Below, one piece after another: positions 45,666-55,551 of a stretch of DNA of 64,000 nucleotides; positions within the stretch are counted from its first letter, which is position 1; every line of letters starts with the position of its first letter. The DNA is from Alphaproteobacteria bacterium (GTDB lineage Bacteria > Pseudomonadota > Alphaproteobacteria > SP197), in assembly GCA_965228895.1 (NCBI GenBank), contig OZ245842.1, forward strand, positions 2,944,001-3,008,000. Reading direction: 5' to 3'. The notes under the pieces were generated by a model. The model was not told the origin of the DNA. It was given only the letters and a program-made list of their open reading frames with translations, and did no database searches. The position numbers were made by a program, and so were the translations under genes.

Positions 45666-47648
45666 ATGTTATGCCACCGCGGCTTGATGTTGTTTGTCCG
45701 CCGGGCAGCGCTCGGTGTGTTGGCGGCATGTCTGCTGCTTGGCGCGAACGAAGCCGCCGCCCAGTCGACACCGGAACGTATCAAGTCGTACGTCTCGGAC
45801 ATCACGATCCAGACAGACGGCACGCTTCTGGTGCGCGAGACGATCACCGTTCATGCCGCGGGCAACAAGATCAAACGCGGCATCTTCCGCGACTTTCCGA
45901 CAATCTATCCCGGTCCCTTGGGACTAAAGGAAAAGACCGGCTTCGACCTCTTGGAGGTTCTGCGCGACGGCGAGCCCGAACCTCACTTTACCGAAGCGTT
46001 GGACAACGGCGTCCGGCTCTATATCGGCGACGAGAATACCTACCTGCCAGATGGCGACTATACCTACACCATCGTCTACGAGAGCGACTGGCAGATACGT
46101 TTCGACGACGGTTTCGACGAACTCTACTGGAACGTCACCGGCAACGGTTGGGACTTCACCATCGAGCGGGCTGAAGCGCGGGTCACCTTGCCGGCCGGCG
46201 CGGAAATTCGCGAGGTCAACGCCTATACGGGCGCCTTCGGCCAGACCGGCACCAATTACAAGAGCGCGATCACGGCCGACAACGTCGTACTGATCTCGAC
46301 GACGCAACCGCTTGCCCGATATGCCGGTTTGACCATCTCCGTCACGTGGCAGAAAGGTATCGTTGCCGAACCGAGCGGCGCCGATCGCGTCTTCAACCTG
46401 CTCACCGACAACATCGCGATCCTGGTTGGTCTTCTGGGTTTTGTACTGACCGTCATCTTTTTCTTGAGGCTATGGAACCGTGTCGGGCGCGACCCCGAAA
46501 AGGGCGTTGTCATCCCGCTCTTCAAGTCACCGGAAGGCATGTCGCCCGTGGTTGTCGGCTATGCGGCGAACTGGGGAATTGGAACCGGTTTCAGCCGGTC
46601 GCGTGCCTTCGCCGTCGCGCTCACCAGCATGGCGACCAAGGGAGCCGTCTCCATTGTCGAGAACGACGACGACAGCTTCACGATCAGCCGCGCCGACGAC
46701 GCCGACCGAAGCCGGCTGTCGCCCGGTGAGAAGGCTGTCTTCGATGAACTCCTTGGCGGCTGGTCGTCCTCGGTCACGCTGAGCAGGACCTATGACCCGG
46801 AGATCGGAGGCGCCGTCAGGGCGCTCGCGAAACTGATCAACGATGAATACACCGGCGTCTATTTTCGCAAGAACCGCGGCGCCTGGGCCGCCGGCACCGC
46901 GTTGGCCGTCGTCAGTGCGGTGATTGCCGCGGTCATAGACGCGCAACGCCTGGACGATCTTTTCTTTGTCGGCTTTCTGTCGTTGTTCGGCCTGGCGTTC
47001 GGCTTCGGGGCGGCAATGTTGTGGATCAAGCTCGCGCCGTTGGTTGCCGGGAAGTTCGAGTTCTCGGCGCGCCGCCTGTTGGGTCTTCTCGCCGGCCTTG
47101 TCTTCGCGACCATGTTTTCGGCACCGGCTATTGGTGCTTTGAGTTTCGCCGCGACGATGATTTCGCTGCCGGTGTTCATCGTCATGCTGCTGAATGCGGG
47201 CACCGTCGTGCTGTTCTGGTTCCTGTTGCGCGCACCGACCATGCACGGCCGCCAGGTCATGGACGAGATCGAAGGCTACAAGCTCTACCTCTCCGTCGCC
47301 GAGGCCGACCGCATGAACATGATGGGCACCGAACCGGCCATGACGCTGGAACTCTTCGAACGGCACCTGCCCTACGCGATGGCGCTCGATGTGGCCGACG
47401 CCTGGACCGAACACTTCGAAGCGCAGATCCCGCCCGAGCAGCAAAACGACAGCACCTACCGTCCGCGCTGGTACCGCTCGCAACATGGGATGGCGCGCCT
47501 GTCGTCCATGGCGTCAACGCTCTCGAGTTCTCTCTCCAGCACCGTATCGTCGGCCTCGACCCGTCCAAGCAGCAGCAGCTCCGGCGGCTCATCCGGCGGC
47601 GGTTCCTCCGGTGGCGGTGGCGGCGGCGGTGGCGGTGGCGGCTGGTAA
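45666..47648 (+). CDS. DUF2207 membrane protein
   Basis: ELYWNVTG, LPYAMAL, C-terminal SSGGGGGGGGGGGW; usual LemA partner. Confidence 0.9.
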   Translation: MLCHRGLMLFVRRAALGVLAACLLLGANEAAAQSTPERIKSYVSDITIQTDGTLLVRETITVHAAGNKIKRGIFRDFPTIYPGPLGLKEKTGFDLLEVLRDGEPEPHFTEALDNGVRLYIGDENTYLPDGDYTYTIVYESDWQIRFDDGFDELYWNVTGNGWDFTIERAEARVTLPAGAEIREVNAYTGAFGQTGTNYKSAITADNVVLISTTQPLARYAGLTISVTWQKGIVAEPSGADRVFNLLTDNIAILVGLLGFVLTVIFFLRLWNRVGRDPEKGVVIPLFKSPEGMSPVVVGYAANWGIGTGFSRSRAFAVALTSMATKGAVSIVENDDDSFTISRADDADRSRLSPGEKAVFDELLGGWSSSVTLSRTYDPEIGGAVRALAKLINDEYTGVYFRKNRGAWAAGTALAVVSAVIAAVIDAQRLDDLFFVGFLSLFGLAFGFGAAMLWIKLAPLVAGKFEFSARRLLGLLAGLVFATMFSAPAIGALSFAATMISLPVFIVMLLNAGTVVLFWFLLRAPTMHGRQVMDEIEGYKLYLSVAEADRMNMMGTEPAMTLELFERHLPYAMALDVADAWTEHFEAQIPPEQQNDSTYRPRWYRSQHGMARLSSMASTLSSSLSSTVSSASTRPSSSSSGGSSGGGSSGGGGGGGGGGGW

Positions 47649-47681
47649 GCGCACGGGCCGTTGGCACCGTCGTCAGACCGG

Positions 47682-48608
47682 CTAAACCTGCGGCAACGGA
47701 TGGCGCCGGCGAATGCCGGTCAGCGCGTTAATGATGACGGCCACGAGCACCAGCGCGCCACCGTAGAAGGTATGGGCAACCGGCACCTCGCCCAGCGCCA
47801 GCCACACCCAGAACGGCCCGATGACGACTTCGGTCAAGGACAGCAGCGCCAGTTCAGCGGCCGGCAGGTGACGCGAGCCCGCTATGTAAAGCGTCAAACC
47901 CAGGAACACCTGGGCAAAACCCATCAGGAAACCCATGCCGATGTCGTGGGCGCTGATCCACAGGGTATCGCCTGTGGCGAGCACGATGGTCGACGCCACG
48001 ACCGTCGATATCAGACCGGCGACAAACACCGTCGGCATCATGTCGCCATGGCGGCCGCCGCGGATGCACACGCTGAACAGCGCGAAGCCGACAACAGCAA
48101 TCAGTGCCAGGACATCGCCCAACACCCGGTCCGTACCCAGACCGCCGGAGACCATGATCACCAGACCAGCGATCACCAACAGCATGGCAAGCAGCGTCGC
48201 GCGCCGGACGCGCTCGCGCAGCAGGAACCAAGCGAGTATCGCCGCCAGGAAGGGCGCCACACCGAGAATCAAAAGCGTGTTCGCGACATAGGTCATGGAA
48301 AGCGAGAAGACGAACGCCGTGTTGGCGATCGCCAGTCCGACGCCGCCGACGACACCCCACCACCCGATGCTTCGGATAGCGCGCCACGTTTCGCCGCGAT
48401 AGCGCCAGATCACATAGAGCAGTGCCGAAAGACCCAGGAAGAACGTGCGCCAGGCGACAATCTGCCACTCGCTCGCACTGTCGACCCAGCGAAACAGCAG
48501 ACCGCCGGAACTCCACAGCAGGCCGGCAAAGGTAACGAGAACGATGCCGCGGCCGTAACTCTCAACCAGTCGAGAGCCCGCGGTGACTGCTTCCGGGCCT
48601 GTGGCCAC
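47682..48608 (-). CDS. DMT/EamA family transporter
   Basis: About ten hydrophobic segments, LRERV, LTEVV..P.WVWL..GE. Confidence 0.88.
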   Translation of the reverse strand: MATGPEAVTAGSRLVESYGRGIVLVTFAGLLWSSGGLLFRWVDSASEWQIVAWRTFFLGLSALLYVIWRYRGETWRAIRSIGWWGVVGGVGLAIANTAFVFSLSMTYVANTLLILGVAPFLAAILAWFLLRERVRRATLLAMLLVIAGLVIMVSGGLGTDRVLGDVLALIAVVGFALFSVCIRGGRHGDMMPTVFVAGLISTVVASTIVLATGDTLWISAHDIGMGFLMGFAQVFLGLTLYIAGSRHLPAAELALLSLTEVVIGPFWVWLALGEVPVAHTFYGGALVLVAVIINALTGIRRRHPLPQV

Positions 48609-48611
48609 GGC

Positions 48612-50144
48612 TTACGCGACGCCGTCGGGCAGTTCGGCCCTGCGGCGCGCCATGAAATCCTGCAGCGCTTCGTCCAGCCCTTCGTCGAGCGGCGGCGGTT
48701 CGTACTGCGCCAGCCGGTCCTGTGCAATTCTGACCGCGCGCTGCTCGTGGGTCTGTGCGCCCTCGGCCTCCCACTGCTCGAAACTGTTGTTGTCGGCGAC
48801 CTCGGGGATAAAGAAACCGGAGAGGTAGTTGCGTTGCGTGTGCTCGCAGCCAAGGTAATGGCTGCCGGGTCCGACCTCGCGCACCGCATCCATGGCGAGG
48901 CCGTTGTCGGAAAGATCGATGCCTTCGGAAAAACTCTGCAGCATGGCGATCTGCTCGGCGTCCATGATGAACTTGGCGTAGCCGGCCGCGAGACCTGCCT
49001 CCAGCCAGCCGGCCGAATGCAAGATGAAGTTCGTGCCGGCCTGCAGCGTCGCCGTCATCGTCTGCATGCTCTCATAAGCCGCCTGCGCATCGGCGACCTT
49101 GGCGCCGGTCAGCATACCGCCGGAGCGCACCGGCACCTTGTAGCGGCGCGCGAGCTGGGTGCAGCAATAGATCATCTGGAGCGTCTCGGGCGTACCCATC
49201 ATCGGCGCGCCCGACTGCATGGAGACGGTGCTGAGGAAACTGCCATAGACCATCGGCGTTCCCGGGTTGACCAGCTGGGCATAGGCAAGGCCCGCGGTCA
49301 CCTCGGCATTCAGTTGAGCGACGGCGCCGGCGGTCGCGACCGGCGCCATGGCGCCGGCCATGATGAACGGCGTGATCAAAACCGCCTGACGGTACGCGGC
49401 GTAGTGCCGCAACGCGCCGAGCATCGACTCGTCCCACACCAGCGGCGAGTTGCAGTTCACAACGGACGTCATGACGACGTTGTCCTTCATGAACGCCTCG
49501 CCAAACAGGATCTCACACATGCGGCACGAATCGAGCGCGCGTTCAGGCGCTGACTGCACGCCCATGAAGGGTTTGTCGCTGAGCTTGATGTGGCTGTAGA
49601 TGATATCCAGATGGCGTTTGGGCACCGGCACGTCGATGGGTTCGCAGATGATGCCGCCGTCGTGGTGAAGCGGCGGCGTCATATAGGTCAGCTTGATGAA
49701 GTTCTGCAGGTCCTCCAGCGTCGCGTAGCGGCGCTGGTTGTCGAAGTCACGCACGAAGGGCGAGCCGAAGGTCGGCGCGAAGACCGTGTTGCGCCCGCCG
49801 ATCTCGACACTGCGTTCGGGGTTGCGCGCGACCTGGGTGTAAGTCTCCGGAATCAGATCGAGCTTCTCGGCGATCAACTCGCGGGGGATATGGACCCGCT
49901 CGCCCTTGACGTCGGCACCCGCCTCCTTCCATTGGGCCAACGCCGTCTCGTCGCGGAAATCGATACCGATCTCCTCCAGGATTTGCATGGAGGTGTCGTG
50001 GATCAGATCGAGCCCGGCCTGATCCAAAAGCTCGTAGACCGGGATCTCGCGGGTGATGTGACGTTTGTGAACCAGCGGGCCGCCAACACGTTCGCGCCGC
50101 CGCGCCGCCCTTCCTCCACGCCTTGCCTTTGTGCTTGCCGCCAT
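48612..50144 (-). CDS. Second MttB-superfamily (non-pyrrolysine) methyltransferase
   Basis: PTFGSPF, CEPIDVP, SDKPFMG, SMQSGAPMMGTPE, HSAGWLE; GGAGG RBS. Confidence 0.92.
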   Translation of the reverse strand: MAASTKARRGGRAARRRERVGGPLVHKRHITREIPVYELLDQAGLDLIHDTSMQILEEIGIDFRDETALAQWKEAGADVKGERVHIPRELIAEKLDLIPETYTQVARNPERSVEIGGRNTVFAPTFGSPFVRDFDNQRRYATLEDLQNFIKLTYMTPPLHHDGGIICEPIDVPVPKRHLDIIYSHIKLSDKPFMGVQSAPERALDSCRMCEILFGEAFMKDNVVMTSVVNCNSPLVWDESMLGALRHYAAYRQAVLITPFIMAGAMAPVATAGAVAQLNAEVTAGLAYAQLVNPGTPMVYGSFLSTVSMQSGAPMMGTPETLQMIYCCTQLARRYKVPVRSGGMLTGAKVADAQAAYESMQTMTATLQAGTNFILHSAGWLEAGLAAGYAKFIMDAEQIAMLQSFSEGIDLSDNGLAMDAVREVGPGSHYLGCEHTQRNYLSGFFIPEVADNNSFEQWEAEGAQTHEQRAVRIAQDRLAQYEPPPLDEGLDEALQDFMARRRAELPDGVA

Positions 50145-50348
50145 CGCAAATCCTCCCGACGGCATTTGGAAGCCAGGGGGCCGCGCTGTCAAAACAGAAA
50201 TGCGGGGCGCCGAAAACCGGGCATAATGTCCTGTCGCCAGGTGCCGAGGGCTTCGGGTTTGGAACAGTTTCGCACCTGCAACAAATCGCCCAACCGTATG
50301 GAAACCCTATGGTGTCGCTGTCACGCCTTGTGATAAACGGAGCGCTTG

Positions 50349-50375
50349 TGTCGATTGCGGACTAGTCCGTGTCGC
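50349..50375 (+). promoter_or_regulatory. Candidate GATR-AraC operator
   Basis: TGTCGA-N15-TGTCGC (21-bp period), about 85 bp upstream of the corrinoid protein gene. Confidence 0.5.
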
Positions 50376-50456
50376 GAGTGTCTTAGCTTGCCGGTCGCGG
50401 CAAGCGTACGTGACGTTGTTTCGCCCGGTTTTCCGGCAGTTTAGCGGGAGCGTGGT

Positions 50457-51167
50457 ATGGCCGAAGAAGAAGACGATCTCGACCTTAGCACCCTGGATGA
50501 TGACGAACTCACCCAGCAGATGCATGAGGATCTTTACGACGGTCTCGCCGACGAGATTGTCGAGGGGGTCAATATCCTGCTCGGGCGAGGCTGGGCACCA
50601 TACAAGGTCCTGACCGAAGCGCTGGTCGAGGGTATGCGGATCGTCGGCATCGACTTCCGCGATGGCATCCTGTTTGTGCCGGAGGTGCTGCTGGCCGCCA
50701 ACTCGATGAAGGCGGGCATGGTTATCCTGCGCCCGCTTCTGGCCGAGACCGGCGCGCCCAAGCAGGGCTCGATCGTCATCGGCACGGTGAAGGGCGATAT
50801 CCACGACATCGGCAAGAACCTGGTCGGCATGATGCTGGAAGGCGCCGGTTTCGACGTCTACGACATCGGCATCAACAACGATGTCGAGAAGTACCTGGAG
50901 GCGCTCGAGGAGCACAAGCCGGACTTCCTGGGGATGTCGGCGCTGCTCACCACGACCATGCCCTATATGAAGGTCGTCATCGACACCATGAAGGAGCAGG
51001 GCATCCGCGACGACTATACGGTGCTGGTCGGCGGCGCACCCTTGAACGAGGCCTTTGCCGACAGTGTCGGGGCCGACGCCTATTGCCGCGATGCGGCGGT
51101 GGCGGTCGAAACCGCCAAAACCCTGGTCGCGGAGCGGCGCAAGTCCAACTCCGCCGCCGCCCAATGA
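50457..51167 (+). CDS. Stand-alone corrinoid (B12-binding) protein
   Basis: Cap domain LFVPEVL; GTVKGDIHDIGKN (DxHxxG), SALLTTT, VGGAP. Confidence 0.95.
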   Translation: MAEEEDDLDLSTLDDDELTQQMHEDLYDGLADEIVEGVNILLGRGWAPYKVLTEALVEGMRIVGIDFRDGILFVPEVLLAANSMKAGMVILRPLLAETGAPKQGSIVIGTVKGDIHDIGKNLVGMMLEGAGFDVYDIGINNDVEKYLEALEEHKPDFLGMSALLTTTMPYMKVVIDTMKEQGIRDDYTVLVGGAPLNEAFADSVGADAYCRDAAVAVETAKTLVAERRKSNSAAAQ

Positions 51168-51174
51168 GACCTCG

Positions 51175-51771
51175 ATGGCAGGCCGCTCGGGCAGCCTGAT
51201 CATCGCCTGCGGCGCGTTGGCGTGGGAAATCATGGCCCTAATCCGAACCCATGGCTGGACCGGCCTGGAAGTCCAGTGCCTGCCCGCGATCTGGCATAAC
51301 ACGCCGCAGAAGATTCCTGACGGCGTGCGTCAGAAGATTCACGAGAACCGCGACCGCTTCGACAACATCTTCGTCGCCTATGGCGATTGCGGCACCGGCG
51401 GCCTGTTGGATGAGGTGCTGGAAGAAGAAGGTGTCGAGCGGATCGATGGCGCGCACTGCTACCAGTTCTACATGGGCGCCGATGATTTCGATGCCCTGCA
51501 CGAGGACGACCCCACCTGCTTTTACCTGACCGACTATCTGGCCAAGCACTTCGACACGTTGATCTGGAAGGGCCTGGGGATCGACCGCCATCCCGAACTG
51601 CTGCCGATGTACTTCGGCAACTACACCGCCGTCGTCTATCTGGCCCAGGTCGAGGACGACGCGTTGCAGGCAAAGGCCAAGGCCGCTGCCGACAAGCTGG
51701 GGCTTGAATACCGCTATATCTTCACTGGTTACGGCGGCATCGCGCCCCTGCTCGCCAAAGCCGCCAGCTAG
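51175..51771 (+). CDS. DUF1638 protein
   Basis: IIACGAL, LPAxxHNxP, YGDCGTGG, HCY, FYLTD. Confidence 0.85.
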   Translation: MAGRSGSLIIACGALAWEIMALIRTHGWTGLEVQCLPAIWHNTPQKIPDGVRQKIHENRDRFDNIFVAYGDCGTGGLLDEVLEEEGVERIDGAHCYQFYMGADDFDALHEDDPTCFYLTDYLAKHFDTLIWKGLGIDRHPELLPMYFGNYTAVVYLAQVEDDALQAKAKAAADKLGLEYRYIFTGYGGIAPLLAKAAS

Positions 51772-51782
51772 GAGACCCCGTC

Positions 51783-52088
51783 ATGGCCAAAGCCACCGTC
51801 GTCTATTGGCGCGATATTCCCGCGCAGGTCATCGTCAAGGCCGGGCGCAAGAACGCCAAGCGCGTCCTGCCTGAACGCTTCGAGAAAGCAATCGACCAAG
51901 CAGCGATGCTCGCCAAGCTCTCCGGCACGGACGCCTATCTCGAACAATGGCGCCGCGGCGATGCCGTCGAGTGCGGCGATGATCTGGAAGCCGAGGCCGA
52001 CCGTATGGCCACGGACCTCGATAACGCGTACCCGGACGATGTGCTGTCGGCCTATATCAAGGCCGGCGGCATGAAGCCCGAGTCCTAG
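51783..52088 (+). CDS. 'Virulence factor' domain small protein
   Basis: VYWRDIPAQV, LPERFEKAIDxAAM, DAYLEQWRR. Confidence 0.82.
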   Translation: MAKATVVYWRDIPAQVIVKAGRKNAKRVLPERFEKAIDQAAMLAKLSGTDAYLEQWRRGDAVECGDDLEAEADRMATDLDNAYPDDVLSAYIKAGGMKPES

Positions 52089-52104
52089 GAACAAGGTTTT
52101 GGTC

Positions 52105-53010
52105 ATGAAGTCGAACGGTACCCTGGAAAAGAAACTCGCCGCTGGTGAGTTTGTCATCACCGCCGAGACAACGCCGCCGGACGGCGCCGACGAAGCCAGC
52201 GTGATGGCCAAGGTCGACTGCCTGAAAGGGCTGGTCGATGCGGTGAACGTGACCGACGGCGCCGGCGCGCGTGCCCATATGTCGGCCATGGCCTGTGCCG
52301 CGGTGATGGCGAAGAACGGTATCGAACCTGTGCTGCAGTTCACCGTGCGCGACCGCAACCGCCTGGCAATCCAGGGCGACTTCATCGGCGGGCCGGCACT
52401 CGGCATTCCCAACATCCTGTGCCTGCACGGCGACAGCATCACCAACGGCGATCAGCCGGACGCCAAGCCGGTCGAAGACGTCGACAGCCGCGGCCTGATG
52501 TCGATGGCGCGCCAGATGCGCGACGAAGGCACATTCCCCTCGGGCCGCGAAATCGATCCTGCGCCACAACTCTTCATCGGCGCTGCCGACAGCCCGCGCG
52601 ATCCCGACCCAGATTTCAAACCGAGTGGCCTGGATGGCAAGATTGCGGCCGGCGCGGATTTCTTTCAGACCCAGTTCGCCTTCGATATCGAGGTCCTGAA
52701 ACGCTACATGGCGGTCTTGAACGATCACGGCGTGACCGAAAAGGCATACTTCATTGTCGGCGTCGGCCCGCTGGCGTCGGCCAAGTCGGCGCGCTGGATG
52801 ACCGAGAACCTGTTCGGCGTCCACGTGCCCGACGCCATCATTGCGCGGCTGGAAGGTGCCGAGGATCAGCGCGCCGAGGGCCGTAAAATCTGCGCCGAGT
52901 TGATCGAGCAGTTTCGTGACATCGACGGCATCCGTGGCGCCCATCTGATGGCGCCGCGTGGTGAAAAGGCGATTGCACAAACGCTCGTCGAGTTCGGCAT
53001 CCGCGGTTAG
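52105..53010 (+). CDS. metF: Methylenetetrahydrofolate reductase (paralog 1)
   Basis: TAETTPP, NVTD, RDRNR, LCLHGD, KIAAGADFFQTQ. Confidence 0.9.
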   Translation: MKSNGTLEKKLAAGEFVITAETTPPDGADEASVMAKVDCLKGLVDAVNVTDGAGARAHMSAMACAAVMAKNGIEPVLQFTVRDRNRLAIQGDFIGGPALGIPNILCLHGDSITNGDQPDAKPVEDVDSRGLMSMARQMRDEGTFPSGREIDPAPQLFIGAADSPRDPDPDFKPSGLDGKIAAGADFFQTQFAFDIEVLKRYMAVLNDHGVTEKAYFIVGVGPLASAKSARWMTENLFGVHVPDAIIARLEGAEDQRAEGRKICAELIEQFRDIDGIRGAHLMAPRGEKAIAQTLVEFGIRG

Positions 53011-53033
53011 CCGGGCACAAGGAGAGACCCGCC

Positions 53034-53546
53034 ATGCTCGCTTTTCGCCATTGGTCGGTCCGTAACGCCAAGGGGCTGATGCGCCTCTATCGGGTTTTCG
53101 AAGGCACCATCGCGGCGTGTGAGCCCGTCGTGCGCGCGATCGGCTACGAGCGGTTGGAAAAACCCGTCGCCGTTGTCGAGCGTGGCATCAAGGGCGCCAT
53201 GTTCGATTGCCAGATGTGCGGCCAGTGCGCGCTGTCGTCGACCGGCATGTCGTGCCCGATGAACTGCCCGAAGAACCTGCGCAACGGGCCGTGCGGCGGC
53301 GTGCGCGAAGACCTGATGTGCGAGGTCAAGCCGGACATGCCGTGCGTCTGGGTCAAGGCGTGGGAAGGCAGCCAGGATATGTTCGGTGAAGCCAGCATCC
53401 TCGACGTCCAGAAACCGGTCGACAACCGGCTGAAGGGCAAGTCGTCCTGGCTGAAGGTCATCCGCGAGATCCGCGCCAAAAAGGACGGCGAGCTGACGCC
53501 GGCTAAGGCGACGGCACGAGACTTCGCTGGCGACCCCATCCGATGA
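53034..53546 (+). CDS. MTHFR C-terminal-domain / MetV-like Cys-rich subunit
   Basis: CQMCGQC, CPMNCPK, NGPCGG, CEV, CVW (eight Cys). Confidence 0.88.
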   Translation: MLAFRHWSVRNAKGLMRLYRVFEGTIAACEPVVRAIGYERLEKPVAVVERGIKGAMFDCQMCGQCALSSTGMSCPMNCPKNLRNGPCGGVREDLMCEVKPDMPCVWVKAWEGSQDMFGEASILDVQKPVDNRLKGKSSWLKVIREIRAKKDGELTPAKATARDFAGDPIR

Positions 53547-54637
53547 CCGACGACACCGATCGCGATCAACCGACCGGCCCTCTCAATGAAGGCATGGCGT
53601 ATCCGGAGATGGCCGATCCCGGGCCGATCGACCCGGGCGCGCCGCTCGAGCCCCTGCCCGGCCACACCTCGCGTGGCCGGTTGGAACGTATCCTGCGCGC
53701 CGGCGATTTTGCCGTCACCGCCGAGTTGTCGCCGCCGGATTCGGCCGATCCCATGGATGTCTTCGAGCGCGCCAGCATTTTCGATGGCTGGGTTGACGCG
53801 ATCAACGCGACCGATGGATCCGGCGCCAACTGCCACATGTCGAGCGTCGGCGTCTGTTCGCTCTTGACCCGCGTCGGTTACGCACCGGTGATGCAGATTT
53901 CGTGCCGCGACCGCAACCGTATCGCCATTCAGGGTGACGTTCTGGGTGCGGCGGCCATGGGTGTCGTCAACCTGCTGTGCCTGACCGGCGACGGCGTGCA
54001 GTGCGGCGATCAACCGGAAGCCAAACCAGTCTTCGACTTCGACTGCATGTCGCTGTTGGAAACCATCCGGACATTGCGCGACGATTCGCAACTGCTGTCC
54101 GGCCGCAAGCTCGACAAGGCGCCGGAGATCTTTCTGGGCGCGGCCGCCAATCCGTTCGCGCCGCCCTACGACTTCCGGCCGCTGCGTCTGGCCAAGAAGG
54201 TTGCCGCGGGCGCCCAGTTCGTGCAGACGCAGTACTGCTACGACGTGCCGATGCTCGAGCGCTACATGGAAAGGGTCCGTGACATGGGCCTGCACGAGAA
54301 GTGCTTCATCCTCGTCGGTGTCGGCCCCCTGGCTTCGGCCAAGGCGGCCCAGTGGATCCGCTCCAATGTGCCAGGCGTGCACATCCCCGACAGCGTGATC
54401 GACCGCCTGAAAGGCGCGGAAAAACAGAAACAGGAAGGCAAACAGTTGTGCGTCGACCTGATTCAGCAGATTCGCGAGATCGAGGGGGTTGCAGGTATTC
54501 ACCTGATGGCGTATCGCCAGGAAGAAGCCGTCGCCGAAATCATCGAACAATCGGGCGTCTTGCGGGGTCGTGCCCCTCATGCCGTTCATCCCACCATTCC
54601 CGGCTACATGCGGGATAGAGCAAAGGCCCCCCAATGA
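53543..54637 (+). CDS. metF: Methylenetetrahydrofolate reductase (paralog 2)
   Basis: TAELSPP, NATD, CRDRNR, LCLTGD, KVAAGAQFVQTQ; ATGA-coupled to the MetV-like gene. Confidence 0.92.
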   Translation: MTDDTDRDQPTGPLNEGMAYPEMADPGPIDPGAPLEPLPGHTSRGRLERILRAGDFAVTAELSPPDSADPMDVFERASIFDGWVDAINATDGSGANCHMSSVGVCSLLTRVGYAPVMQISCRDRNRIAIQGDVLGAAAMGVVNLLCLTGDGVQCGDQPEAKPVFDFDCMSLLETIRTLRDDSQLLSGRKLDKAPEIFLGAAANPFAPPYDFRPLRLAKKVAAGAQFVQTQYCYDVPMLERYMERVRDMGLHEKCFILVGVGPLASAKAAQWIRSNVPGVHIPDSVIDRLKGAEKQKQEGKQLCVDLIQQIREIEGVAGIHLMAYRQEEAVAEIIEQSGVLRGRAPHAVHPTIPGYMRDRAKAPQ

Positions 54638-55551
54638 CCGACACCGTCATCAGCTCAGCGACCAAAGAAGTCGTCATCGGTTTCGACCGCCCGTTCACCG
54701 TCATCGGCGAACGCATCAACCCGACCGGGCGCAAGAAGCTGGCCGAGGAAATGGCCGCCGGCGACTATAGCCGCGTCGAGTCCGACACCCTGGCCCAGGT
54801 CGCCGCCGGCGCCCATATGCTGGACGTCAATGCCGGCGTACCGCTGGCCGACGAACCGCAGATGCTGGCCGACAGCATCCAGCTCGTGCAGTCACTGACC
54901 GACGTGCCGCTGTCGATCGACAGCTCCATCGTCGCGGCGCTCGAAAAAGGCCTGTCGGTCTATCAGGGCAAGGCGCTGGTCAACTCGGTGACCGGCGAAG
55001 AAGAGCGCCTTGAGGTCGTTCTGCCGCTGGTCAAAAAATACGGCGCTGCCGTTGTCGCGATCTCCAACGACGAAACCGGCATTTCCGAAGATCCGGATGA
55101 ACGTTACGCGGTCGCCAAGATGATTGTCGAGCGTGCCGAGGATCACGGCATTCCGCGTTCCGACGTGGTCGTCGATCCGCTCGTCATGCCGATCGGTGCG
55201 ATCGGCGAAGCCGGGCGCACGTCCTTTGCCATTCTGCGCCGTCTTCGCGAGGAGCTGAAGGTCAACACGACATGCGGCGCGTCGAACATCTCGTTCGGCC
55301 TGCCGGCCCGTCCGCAACTGAACGCAGCGTTCCTGGGCATGGCGATGTCGAACGGCATGACGTCGGCGATCACCAATCCTCTGGAATCGGAGATCATGGA
55401 CGGCATCATGGCCGCCGATGTCATGATGGGCACCGACAAGAACTGCCGCTCGTGGATCAAGAAACATTCCGGTGCAACCCGCGCCGCCGGTGGCGCCGAT
55501 GTGGCGGAAGCCCGCGCCAAGCGCCGGGAGGGCCGCCGCCGTCGTGGCTGA
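54634..55551 (+). CDS. Methyltetrahydrofolate:corrinoid methyltransferase (pterin-binding, MtgA/AcsE-like)
   Basis: IGERINPTGRK, LDVN, SIDSS, VNS, DPL, GASNISFGLP. Confidence 0.93.
   Translation: MTDTVISSATKEVVIGFDRPFTVIGERINPTGRKKLAEEMAAGDYSRVESDTLAQVAAGAHMLDVNAGVPLADEPQMLADSIQLVQSLTDVPLSIDSSIVAALEKGLSVYQGKALVNSVTGEEERLEVVLPLVKKYGAAVVAISNDETGISEDPDERYAVAKMIVERAEDHGIPRSDVVVDPLVMPIGAIGEAGRTSFAILRRLREELKVNTTCGASNISFGLPARPQLNAAFLGMAMSNGMTSAITNPLESEIMDGIMAADVMMGTDKNCRSWIKKHSGATRAAGGADVAEARAKRREGRRRRG

Noticed and set aside
47560-47645. GGC/GGT/AGC microsatellite-like repeat
   Set aside because: Encodes the normal Ser/Gly tail of DUF2207 proteins.
50145-50456. Possible cobalamin riboswitch before the corrinoid operon
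   Set aside because: No B12-box or GGGAA...GCCCCC core visible on either strand.
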